From Hyperthermus butylicus DSM 5456 (GTDB taxonomy: Archaea; Thermoproteota; Thermoprotei_A; Sulfolobales; Pyrodictiaceae), in assembly GCF_000015145.1 (NCBI RefSeq), contig NC_008818.1, forward strand, positions 1,080,001 to 1,112,000: 32,000 nt of DNA, given 5' to 3'. The notes beneath the pieces were generated by a model. It was not told where the DNA came from. It was given only the letters and a program-made list of their open reading frames with translations, and did not search any database. Positions within the stretch are counted from its first letter, which is position 1. Each line of letters begins with the position of its first letter. Positions 8,698-16,601 of this stretch are shown here, piece by piece. Both the position numbers and the translations under genes were made by a program.

Positions 8698-9393
8698 ATG
8701 CCGCTTGCATGCAGCATGTTTAGCGGAGGCAAGGATAGCACCTACGCCTTGCACTGGGCTGTGCTACACGGCTACGATGTGTGCTGTCTTATCTCGATAA
8801 GGCCTAGGGCTGGCTGGGATAGTATGCTCCTCCATTACCCAGGCATAGAGCTTACAAGGCTCCAGGCTAGAGCGCTGCGGCTCCCGCTGCTTGAGTACGA
8901 GCTTAGCACTAGGGAGGAGGCGGATCTGGCTCGCGTGTTTAGAGATGTGCGTAGACATGGTTGCCGAATTCTCGTGGCTGGCGCGCTTCTAAGCGATTAC
9001 CAGAGACTGAGATTTGCAGCTGCTGCAGAGGAGGCTGGACTGGAGATTATGGCGCCGCTGTGGAGGAAGAACCAGGAGGAGTATATGAGGAGCCTTGTCC
9101 GCGAGGGGTTTAAGATCCTAGTGCAGAGCGTTCAGGCCTACGGACTTCCACCAAGTCTCGTGGGGAGGGTTCTCGACGAGGATACCGTCGAGGAGATTAT
9201 TAAGCTTGCTAGGCGCTACGGTTTCAACCCTGCCTTTGAGGGCGGAGAAGCCGAGACATTAGTCCTTGACGCTCCACTTTTCAGAGAAGAGCTTAGAGTC
9301 TATGGGAGGGTTATGAGGCTCGGCCCAGACCACTACTTCTACCAGATCGTGCGTGCAGAGCTTGTCCCTAAGCCCAGCCTCGGGGGGCAGTAG
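8698..9393 (+). CDS. MJ0570/Dph6-like PP-loop ATP pyrophosphatase (diphthine-ammonia ligase family)
   Basis: It carries the PP-loop 'SGGKDS' near the N-terminus ('ACSMFSGGKDSTYAL'), 'GALLSDYQRLR' and 'APLW'. The ~230 aa length fits. The track start is TTG 8692; ATG 8698 is preferred. Confidence 0.75.
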   Translation: MPLACSMFSGGKDSTYALHWAVLHGYDVCCLISIRPRAGWDSMLLHYPGIELTRLQARALRLPLLEYELSTREEADLARVFRDVRRHGCRILVAGALLSDYQRLRFAAAAEEAGLEIMAPLWRKNQEEYMRSLVREGFKILVQSVQAYGLPPSLVGRVLDEDTVEEIIKLARRYGFNPAFEGGEAETLVLDAPLFREELRVYGRVMRLGPDHYFYQIVRAELVPKPSLGGQ

Positions 9394-9939
9394 CTCGAAC
9401 AGCTTGCAAGTCAGTACTAATAGGCCTCGTAAGTGCCTCACAATGGTCGCCGGTAGCCCGATAACACTGACGCCTACCGTGTAGTCTCCCACGCTCAGCC
9501 CTAAGCCTCTACTAGCTGCCAGCTCCTCGACGCCCCTACGGAACCTCCTAGCCGACTCTGGCTCGTAGGCTGCTAGAACTGCATCACCTAGCTCTAATAG
9601 CCACCTGATATTGGCGAGGAGTAGTAGGCTTGCGACCGGCGGAGCTAAGATGGGTAACGTGAGCGAGACGGCCGGGCTCGTATAGGGTCTCGGAGGCGGA
9701 GTCTCCAAGGGTGGAACCTTTGAGAGTATGAGGCGTGCAAGCCTGTAGCTATAGAGTGTTGCAGGATACACTGCTGCTCCTGCAAAGGCTCCAGAGGCTA
9801 GCCAGGCTAGTAGAGCATAGTCTGTACGGCCTAGTAAAAGGCTGGCAAGCGAGACATAGAAAAGTACTCCTGCAACACCAGCGGCAGCTATGGACGCCTT
9901 AAACGCCGCGTGGAACGGCTGTATCGGCGTTCCCTTCAA
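9259..9939 (-). CDS. Hypothetical membrane protein (3 or more TM helices)
   Basis: Hydrophobic helices include 'ASIAAAGVAGVLFYVSLASLLLG', 'YALLAWLASGAFAGAAVYPATLY' and 'LTLPILAPPVASLLLLANI'. Its TTG start overlaps the stop of the upstream 77-aa ORF (TTGA). The last 135 nt are antisense to the Dph6-like gene. Confidence 0.45.
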   Translation of the reverse strand: MKGTPIQPFHAAFKASIAAAGVAGVLFYVSLASLLLGRTDYALLAWLASGAFAGAAVYPATLYSYRLARLILSKVPPLETPPPRPYTSPAVSLTLPILAPPVASLLLLANIRWLLELGDAVLAAYEPESARRFRRGVEELAASRGLGLSVGDYTVGVSVIGLPATIVRHLRGLLVLTCKLFELLPPEAGLRDKLCTHDLVEVVVWAEPHNPPIDSKLFSEKWSVKD

Positions 9940-10169
9940 CTCTGCACCTCCCTCGAACCCCCTACAGCGAGACCCGATGCTAGCCTCCTTATCTCCGCCA
10001 GCTCGTCCCTAAGCTGAACCATGAGTGTGTATATGTTGTAGGCCTGCCCTCTAACCCGACCACCACACTCCTCAACAGCTTGGAAGAACATGCCTAGCCT
10101 ACGCTCAAGCTCCTCTAGTATGGAGAACGCCTTGTCTACCCTCTCGTAGAGAGCATCAATATTCTCCAA
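9936..10169 (-). CDS. Small helical hypothetical protein
   Basis: This 77-aa ORF sits 12 nt downstream of the PNP-fold gene and has a 4-nt overlap with the following membrane-protein gene. The sequence is helical and charged ('MENIDALYERVDKAFSILEELERRL...'). Confidence 0.35.
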   Translation of the reverse strand: MENIDALYERVDKAFSILEELERRLGMFFQAVEECGGRVRGQAYNIYTLMVQLRDELAEIRRLASGLAVGGSREVQS

Positions 10170-10181
10170 TGCCGGGACACC

Positions 10182-11000
10182 CTAGAAACCGCTATTGAAG
10201 CCCTTGCCGTGCCCGGTACCAGCTCTCATTGACTGGAGGCTCTTCATCTTCTCGACGTGGAGTGTTAGTGACTCAAGTATCGGCTGTATCAGCTGCCCCA
10301 GAGCATCTAGAACCTTCCTTCGCAGTTCCTCCCGCTCCTCCTCGAGGAGTAGCGAGCCCCTCTCAACACCCTTTGGTAGACTCGACTCTATGACGAGAAC
10401 AGATGCCGCCATGAGCTTCTTGCTCATAGCTACAGTGAAGAGAGATGCCGTATCCATGTCTAGCGCGACAGCTATCTTGCCGTACTTCTTAACGCCCTGC
10501 TCTAAGACTTGCTCACTAGCATAGAACATATCCATGCTCCATACAACACCGGTTAGCGTCTTGATATTGTGTATCTCGAGGGACTGCTGGATGTGTCTTA
10601 GCAGGGTATAGTCGGGTATTGCTGGCACCTCTATTGGAGCATAAGCCTTTGAGACACCATCACCCTTTATTGCTGCTGTAGCTAGTACCACGTCGCCTAT
10701 GGCGAGGGATGGTGATAGTGCTAGGGCAGTGTCAAGATGTAGTATGACCTTTGCGCCAAGCCTAGCAAGCTCCTCAACGAGTATGGCTAGCGCAGAGGGC
10801 CCCACTGGGCGAAGTGCAATCGATATACTAACCTTGTGTATCAGCCCCGTGGCTAACTTGAAGCCATACCTGCCAGGCCTCTCGTTAACCTCGTGCAGCT
10901 TGCTAACAGCCTCCTCGTAGACTTCCTCAAGACTCGTTACAAGCACGTGTGTGGACACATCACCTTTTGATGCACGCGTAAACGGCTGGACACGCGGCAA
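10182..11000 (-). CDS. PNP_UDP_1-fold nucleoside phosphorylase/nucleosidase-like protein with a diverged active site
   Basis: It aligns by eye with hexameric PNP/MTAP: 'ISIALRPVGPSALAILVEELARLGAKVILHLDTALAL' against 'vsi.tHGiGgPS.ai...EL...Ga...iR.Gt.Ga', and 'KIAVALDMDTASLF' against 'avEMEaaal'. The phosphate-binding Arg/Gly positions are replaced. It also has a ~40-aa C-terminal helical extension. Confidence 0.55.
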   Translation of the reverse strand: MPRVQPFTRASKGDVSTHVLVTSLEEVYEEAVSKLHEVNERPGRYGFKLATGLIHKVSISIALRPVGPSALAILVEELARLGAKVILHLDTALALSPSLAIGDVVLATAAIKGDGVSKAYAPIEVPAIPDYTLLRHIQQSLEIHNIKTLTGVVWSMDMFYASEQVLEQGVKKYGKIAVALDMDTASLFTVAMSKKLMAASVLVIESSLPKGVERGSLLLEEEREELRRKVLDALGQLIQPILESLTLHVEKMKSLQSMRAGTGHGKGFNSGF

Positions 11001-11073
11001 ACGCTCCTACCCCTTCCGCTACCGCTCATACCCTCCCTGGGCCGCTGCCAGCGGTAACACTCCAAAAGACTAC

Positions 11074-11122
11074 CAGCTAATTAGCTGTTAGAGCCTACGA
11101 GCACCCCCCGAAGTAATTAGCT
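11074..11122. promoter_or_regulatory. Perfect 14-bp AT-centred palindrome plus a second TAATTAGCT copy in a divergent intergenic region
   Basis: CAGCTAATTAGCTG (11074..11087) is its own reverse complement. TAATTAGCT recurs at 11114..11122, 36 bp downstream of the first copy (11078..11086). Both lie between the divergent PNP-fold gene and speH. This could be a bidirectional TATA or an operator. Confidence 0.4.
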
Positions 11123-11242
11123 CTAAACCCTTGCCGAAACGGGGCAGGAGGGTCTTCGCGTTATACAACCATTACAAGGCTGAGGAGGGGGGGTAACCCT
11201 TAAAGCTGATGCATAGAAGTCCCCTCCCCCTCGGTGGGGGGT

Positions 11243-11638
11243 ATGAAGACTATAGCAACTATACGGCCAAGGCCTAAGCCTGCTGAGGGCGAGCCAAGAG
11301 TATACGGCATGCACGTGTTCGGCAACCTCTACGAGTGCAACGTAGAGACTCTCCGTGACGAGAAGCGGCTCCGCGAAATAGTCGTCGAGGCTGCCAAGGT
11401 TGGCAACATGACACTGCTAGATGTCAAGAGCTGGAAGATCGGGGAAGGCGTTAGCGTAGTAGCGATAGTCCTTGAAAGTCACATAACAATCCATACCTGG
11501 CCGGAGTACGCCTTTGCCACAGTTGACGTTTACAGCTGCGGCAAGCACACCAACCCGGAGAAGGCCTTCAACTACATAGTCTTCGCGCTCGGCGCTAAGA
11601 GGGTTGAAAGGCAGACCGCTACTAGGCATTTGGAATAG
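11243..11638 (+). CDS. speH: Pyruvoyl-dependent S-adenosylmethionine decarboxylase proenzyme (SpeH/class-1 type); an arginine decarboxylase paralogue cannot be excluded
   Basis: It contains '[31 protein letters not shown]', i.e. the E-S self-cleavage site and the HTWPE motif. It is ~130 aa. Candidate starts are GTG 11234, ATG 11243 and a later ATG. In Crenarchaeota one AdoMetDC paralogue is known to act as an arginine decarboxylase. Confidence 0.8.
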   Translation: MKTIATIRPRPKPAEGEPRVYGMHVFGNLYECNVETLRDEKRLREIVVEAAKVGNMTLLDVKSWKIGEGVSVVAIVLESHITIHTWPEYAFATVDVYSCGKHTNPEKAFNYIVFALGAKRVERQTATRHLE

Positions 11639-11652
11639 GATTCCCCTACCTC

Positions 11653-11663
11653 AAAACGTTTTT
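11653..11663. terminator. Bidirectional oligo-T terminator candidate between convergent genes
   Basis: 'aaaacgttttt' contains the palindrome AAAACGTTTT, which presents a T-run on both strands. It lies in the 45-nt gap between the speH stop (11638) and the stop of the minus-strand gene (11684). Confidence 0.45.
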
Positions 11664-11683
11664 ATAGTAGGTTGTTAGGCATA

Positions 11684-12691
11684 CTACCCCCCTCCTTCCC
11701 TCCTACAGCTGCCGAGCCTATCATAGGCCTCGGCTAGTACGCGAGCAGCCTTCCCGGCAGCATCAACACCTAATGCTAGGTGCTCCCCATTGTCGACTAC
11801 GAGTCTTCCGCCGGATAGCAGCGTCTCTATGCGCGGCCTAGAGGATCCTAGACGCCAAGGCTTAGCAGCTGCTGGCTGCGGTGCCCATCCAGGAGGCTCG
11901 GTGAGATCAACAACTTGTACGTGGGCCTGCCCCTGGAAAGCCTCATATCCACTATCCACAAGCCTATGCATATCGCTGACTAGTACCTTGTATACAGCCT
12001 CTCCTCCAAGGGCTATGAGGCTCCAGGGTGACACCCAGGGCTCCGGTGTCAACGTCGAGACATCAACCGCCGTGTTCCCTGCTAAGAGCTTACCGTTGGA
12101 TAGCCTTACAACCACGTCTAGATCTGCGCTTGACGGTGGCTCCCCCTCGCAGACAAGGACGCCTCGACGCAGCCTAGCACTTGAAGGTATCGAGTCTAGA
12201 GCATCGATTGGCTTATCTACGCTGACACCCCGGCAGCCAAGGGGGACGAGTATAACGCTGCTCATCTCGGCGGCCTCGGACGCCCTGGCAGCAGCCCGAG
12301 GGTTAGCAGTGACGATGACGGGTCTTGATACACCATTTAGTGCCGCCTCGTAGAGCCACATGAGTGCCGAATAGTAGGCCTCTTCCTCATCAATGTCGCT
12401 TAGTAGGCTTAGTAGGCAGCCCCCGCCAGCTGCGATGCTAGCATAGCTTATCCTCTCGTCGGAGAGGAAACGGAAACCATACAGCTCGGCTAGGACTGGT
12501 GGGGATGCAAACCCGGGCATGGCCAGTCTGTTATCGCCGCCAAGCACGAGCTCTGCTAGTGAAAGCTCCTCGGGCGGCTCGCCCTCACCGACAGCCTGGA
12601 TAGCACCGTCACGGATATATATGAAGCCTGGCCCCCGGATAGAGCCGTCTACATCAGCTATGTAGACCCCGTGTATGAGAAGCCTAACCAA
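11684..12691 (-). CDS. Amidohydrolase-fold protein lacking the HxH metal motif
   Basis: The N-terminus 'LLIHGVYIADVDGSIRGPGFIYIRDGAIQAVGEGE...RLAMPGFASPPV' follows the amidohydrolase pattern up to 'PGF', but 'SPP' replaces 'xHxH'. The C-terminal 'LLSGGRLVVDNGEHL' is typical. At 335 aa it is short. Confidence 0.5.
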   Translation of the reverse strand: MVRLLIHGVYIADVDGSIRGPGFIYIRDGAIQAVGEGEPPEELSLAELVLGGDNRLAMPGFASPPVLAELYGFRFLSDERISYASIAAGGGCLLSLLSDIDEEEAYYSALMWLYEAALNGVSRPVIVTANPRAAARASEAAEMSSVILVPLGCRGVSVDKPIDALDSIPSSARLRRGVLVCEGEPPSSADLDVVVRLSNGKLLAGNTAVDVSTLTPEPWVSPWSLIALGGEAVYKVLVSDMHRLVDSGYEAFQGQAHVQVVDLTEPPGWAPQPAAAKPWRLGSSRPRIETLLSGGRLVVDNGEHLALGVDAAGKAARVLAEAYDRLGSCRREGGG

Positions 12692-12771
12692 AACACGGCA
12701 CCCACAAAAAGCTAGAAGATGAGCAGGCAGAGGTTAAGTCTCCTCCCCAGGGCAGATCCAGTCCGAGACAA

Positions 12772-12990
12772 CTACCACCCTGCCGGGCCGCAGAGAGCCA
12801 TACAGACGAGACACACCAGGCACTTCGACGGGTCAGTCTCCACCCGTCCATCCCTAACTACTAGGGCTGAGGAGGGACAGACATCGCTACACTCCTCGTC
12901 TAGTACTCCACGCACAATTATTTCGCGCACAACAATCCTACACGGTGTTTCGGGCCGACCACGCCACGCCAAGGCTCTTATTCGCTCCAC
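12772..12990 (-). CDS. Small 4Fe-4S ferredoxin-like protein
   Basis: 'CLVCLVCMALCG' is a CxxCxxCxxxC motif, and there is an upstream 'CSDVCP'. The ORF is 72 aa with a GTG start. A short ORF in a GC-rich region is weak evidence on its own. Confidence 0.4.
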   Translation of the reverse strand: MERIRALAWRGRPETPCRIVVREIIVRGVLDEECSDVCPSSALVVRDGRVETDPSKCLVCLVCMALCGPAGW

Positions 12991-13146
12991 ACTAGTCCGA
13001 GGAGAGGAGGAGTTCTGGGAGGGTGTGTACCCGAGGTCGGACCCGGCGCCATGTCCCCCGGGGCTCCGGGTTCATCTTGTCCGCCGGGCCACCACCCCCG
13101 TGTAGAGGCCTTGTATCCTACTATTGGCTACTCTTATGTCCTCCCG

Positions 13147-13995
13147 TCATGCCGTGCTTACTGTTGCACTGGTCTGTGCCCTGAGCGCACTTTCTGCAGC
13201 TTGTATCATGGGTTTAATGTTTTCGACCACTGCTGCCCACTCGCCCTCCTTTACATTGACGTTTAGCGAGAGCGGCGTTATCGCTATTGCCTTCTCGACG
13301 TGGACTACATAGACGTCAGAGCCTGGTTCTGGCTCAACGAGAGTACCGTAAAGCCAGTAGTACTTCCGGCCACGGGGGTCATAGAGGACGCTAACCTTCT
13401 GGAGGAACTTAATCCGCGCCGCAGGGGCGATCTTCACCTTGGTGTCTTTGCGCACCTTTCTCGGGAAGTTAACACTAATTAGGTCAACCCCCTCTGGCAT
13501 GCCGTGCTCAAGTACCCAACTCGTAATAGCCCTTATCACCCTCTTCATATTCTCCCACGTCTCCCTATCCTCTTCCAGCTGGCTGGCCTCGTCTATGTCT
13601 GCCGAGAACGCTATGCCGGGTATTCCGAGTAGTGCGGCTTGTGCCGCCGCCCCAATGGTGCCCGATGAGAGTATGACTTGTATGCTTGTGTTATCGCCTA
13701 TGTTGACGCCAGAGACTACTACGTCAAACCTTGGAGAGAATTCCTCTATTGCTATGTAAATCACATCGCTTGGAGTACCATTAGTTATATATACCATGGT
13801 GTCGCCCCATATTTTAACCTTCCCGATACGGAGCGGCTTGTGCAATGTTATGCCGAGGCCACTGGCGCTCTTCGGGGTTTCCGGTGCAAGCACGTAGACG
13901 CGGCCAAGCTCCTTGACGGCCTCGTAGAGCAGCCTGAGGCCTGGGCTGTGAATGCCATCGTCATTAGTAACGAGTATCTTAGCAGTCGAAGCCAT
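13147..13995 (-). CDS. surE: 5'/3'-nucleotidase SurE
   Basis: The N-terminus 'KILVTNDDGIHSPGL' is the SurE signature, followed by 'SGVNIGDN' and 'SGTIGAA'. Confidence 0.9.
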   Translation of the reverse strand: MASTAKILVTNDDGIHSPGLRLLYEAVKELGRVYVLAPETPKSASGLGITLHKPLRIGKVKIWGDTMVYITNGTPSDVIYIAIEEFSPRFDVVVSGVNIGDNTSIQVILSSGTIGAAAQAALLGIPGIAFSADIDEASQLEEDRETWENMKRVIRAITSWVLEHGMPEGVDLISVNFPRKVRKDTKVKIAPAARIKFLQKVSVLYDPRGRKYYWLYGTLVEPEPGSDVYVVHVEKAIAITPLSLNVNVKEGEWAAVVENIKPMIQAAESALRAQTSATVSTA

Positions 13996-14053
13996 TACAT
14001 TACACCCTCGCAGTGCTGGGTAAGGGCATGAGAGTTGGATTTATCTCTACTGT

Positions 14054-15151
14054 CTACTGTTCGGGGGAGAGCTGCCCCCTATTAGCTATGCATGGAGCTA
14101 GCCTCTGGCGTCCCTCCTCCCGCACCTTCACCGGATCCGCCGCCTCCGGGTCGCCTCGGCCAGCCATGCGTAGGTCTTCCTCGAGGTCTAACTCCGTATA
14201 GACACCAGCCATGTTTAGCCTCCGTCTCGCCTCCTCGAGGCTCGTAGTGCCCCGGACAAGCTTTGCAAGGGTATACTCAGCAGCCACAACAGCGTCGAGG
14301 AAGAACGTTGCAGCTTGCACCAGGCTTATGCGCACCATCCGTGTACCCCGCCGGATACTAAGCCTGCCATAGTGACCCTTGACTGCTAGTAGTGGCATGC
14401 GACTTGCTTCAGTATATACAACGGTGATCAGTTTCTCAAGTAGCTCTACATCCTCCCCGTCAAGACCACGGATCCATCGGTAACCCTTTTGGCGCGCGAC
14501 CAGAGCCATTTTCTCTAGCAGCTCCTCCTCCGAGAGCTCTCCATCAGCTCCTAGACCATGTATAGCTAGTACTGCCGGGAGCCCAGACTCAAGCACACCA
14601 GCTAAACCCACACTATCGCCCAGGGGACTCCATAGGCCCTTCTCGCAGCCAGATGCAAGTATGTCACCACCAACATCGACTACTAGTGCTGCATCGCAAC
14701 CGTGAAGTCCTGCAAGCTCTTGAAGCGCCATTGCTATACCAAGCGAGCCTCTCCACATATCCACCGCATAGACTGTAGTATCGACAACCCTCAGCGCGTT
14801 ACATGCCGAGGGGAGTACATACCTTCCAGAGCGTATGGCATAGCAGCCCCTCAGCAGCCTCGCAACATGCTCTCCACGCTCTACACCAACGAGACTTTCA
14901 AGCGGTACGGGGCCCGGCTCTGGATCGCGTACAAATCGCTCCCAGACCCCAACAGCTGTCACCACCGCGACGCCAGTCCTCCCAAGTGCTCCGGCTAGCA
15001 CCAGTGCCGACGTTACATCACCACCGCCGCCCGTAGAGACTACGAGCACACAGTGTGGCTTGAATTCGAACAGGCTCTCAGCAATGCACAACCAGCCACA
15101 CCCAGAGCCAAGGGGCTCCAGTGCAAGGGTTGAGCACTGGAGGCTCAGCAT
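14054..15151 (-). CDS. Conserved archaeal hypothetical protein (possibly DUF1152 family)
   Basis: 'VLVVSTGGGGDVTSALVLAG' and a later 'VVDVGGDILASG' are reminiscent of DUF1152. The family assignment is from memory and uncertain. Confidence 0.35.
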   Translation of the reverse strand: MLSLQCSTLALEPLGSGCGWLCIAESLFEFKPHCVLVVSTGGGGDVTSALVLAGALGRTGVAVVTAVGVWERFVRDPEPGPVPLESLVGVERGEHVARLLRGCYAIRSGRYVLPSACNALRVVDTTVYAVDMWRGSLGIAMALQELAGLHGCDAALVVDVGGDILASGCEKGLWSPLGDSVGLAGVLESGLPAVLAIHGLGADGELSEEELLEKMALVARQKGYRWIRGLDGEDVELLEKLITVVYTEASRMPLLAVKGHYGRLSIRRGTRMVRISLVQAATFFLDAVVAAEYTLAKLVRGTTSLEEARRRLNMAGVYTELDLEEDLRMAGRGDPEAADPVKVREEGRQRLAPCIANRGQLSPEQ

Positions 15152-15206
15152 TAGGGCTTTCTAGGACGGTGAGGCAACATACCTATCTGGCCCGGGAATT
15201 CTGGGG

Positions 15207-16601
15207 GTGGAGACTCTGGGCAAGCTCTTCGGCACGGACGGTGTTAGGGGTGTTCTGAACCGGGAGCTTACGCCAGAGCTAGCGTTACGGCTTGGCCAGG
15301 CGATAGCTACGTACTTTGGTGAGGGAGCAACAGTTCTCGTCGCTAGGGACGCCCGTGCCGGCGGCGAGATGATACTAAATGCTGTTGTTGCAGGCCTGCT
15401 CTCTGCCGGAGCCAGGGTTCATGTCGCATGGCCGGACGGCTATGCTACCACGCCAGCCGTACAGTATGCCGTGAAGGAGCTGGGCTACGACTATGGCGTA
15501 ATAGTTACAGCTAGCCATAACCCGCCAGAGTATAATGGCGTCAAGGTCGTAGGCCCTCTAGGCATAGAGGTTGACCGGGAGACAGAGGCGAGGATAGAGG
15601 ATATATTCTTCTCAGAGAGGTTCCACAGAACACCGTGGCACCGGGCAGCCTACGAGGTGCCACGCGAACACCGCGTAATTGAAACCTACGTGAAGGGCGT
15701 TGTTGAGAAGGTTGATGCTCCCGCTATACGCAGGAGGGGGTTCCGCGTCCTCGTAGACTGCGCCAACAGCGTCTCATCGCTTACAACACCCAAGATACTG
15801 CGGGCGCTAGGCGTTAAGCCATACACGCTAGGCTGCAACCTAGATCCCTACCCATACCGGGAGCCCGAGCCTACGCCATCAAGCCTAGCAGAAGCGGCAG
15901 CTATCGTGCGGAGCCTAGGCCTAGACTTTGGTGTGGGCCACGACGGGGACGGCGACCGAGCAATAATCATAGATGAGAGGGGCGAGGTCTGGTGGGGCGA
16001 CAGGACGGGCACCATACTAGCAGAATTCATTGCCGAGCACAAGCTCCCAGCAGCACCTAAGAAGCTCTACACCGCTGTCTCTAGCAGCAAGCTGGTAGAG
16101 GATTACCTCCGGCCCAAGGGGATTGAGGTTGTCTGGGTTCCCGTAGGCACGATAAATATCAGCTATCGGATGCTCGAGGAGGGTGGCATAGCAGGCTTCG
16201 AGGAGAACGGCGGCTTCATATACCCAGCACATCTCCTGGCAAGAGATGGTGGCATGACCCTAGCACTATTCCTGGAGCTGCTAGCCAAGGAGGGCAAGCC
16301 AGCCTCAGAGGTCCTCGGCAGGTTGCCGCGGTACTATGCTGTTAAGCTCAAGGTGCCGATGGACCGGCAGAAGGCGCTAAGGGTTGTCGAGGCGCTGCGC
16401 GAGGAGTATAGCGGAAAACCAGGCTACCGCGTCATAACAATTGACGGTGTGCGAATCGAAGCGGAGGACTACTGGTTCCTTGTGAGGCCTAGTGGCACAG
16501 AGCCAGTGCTAAGGATAATGGTTGAAGCATCCACACCCGAAAAGGCTAAGGAGATAGCAGAGGCGCTTAGAGAGAAGGCTAGGAGGCTGGCAGGGGGATG
16601 A
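15207..16601 (+). CDS. glmM: Alpha-D-phosphohexomutase (phosphoglucosamine mutase / phosphomannomutase)
   Basis: It has 'FGTDGVRG', the active-site loop 'TASHNPPEYNGVK', the metal loop 'GVGHDGDGDR', and 'VRPSGTEPVLRIMVEA'. Substrate specificity (GlcN, Man or Glc) cannot be read from the sequence. Confidence 0.85.
   Translation: METLGKLFGTDGVRGVLNRELTPELALRLGQAIATYFGEGATVLVARDARAGGEMILNAVVAGLLSAGARVHVAWPDGYATTPAVQYAVKELGYDYGVIVTASHNPPEYNGVKVVGPLGIEVDRETEARIEDIFFSERFHRTPWHRAAYEVPREHRVIETYVKGVVEKVDAPAIRRRGFRVLVDCANSVSSLTTPKILRALGVKPYTLGCNLDPYPYREPEPTPSSLAEAAAIVRSLGLDFGVGHDGDGDRAIIIDERGEVWWGDRTGTILAEFIAEHKLPAAPKKLYTAVSSSKLVEDYLRPKGIEVVWVPVGTINISYRMLEEGGIAGFEENGGFIYPAHLLARDGGMTLALFLELLAKEGKPASEVLGRLPRYYAVKLKVPMDRQKALRVVEALREEYSGKPGYRVITIDGVRIEAEDYWFLVRPSGTEPVLRIMVEASTPEKAKEIAEALREKARRLAGG

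Noticed and set aside
11123-11314. A 63-aa minus-strand ORF across the speH start region
   Set aside because: It overlaps the speH 5' end and the regulatory spacer, and its translation is Pro/Cys/Arg-rich. There is no support for it.
12719-13105. A 128-aa plus-strand ORF overlapping the ferredoxin-like ORF
   Set aside because: It is Ser/Thr/Arg/Pro-rich with no motif. The opposite strand carries a CxxCxxCxxxC cluster motif and fits the co-directional gene run, although that call is itself only moderate.
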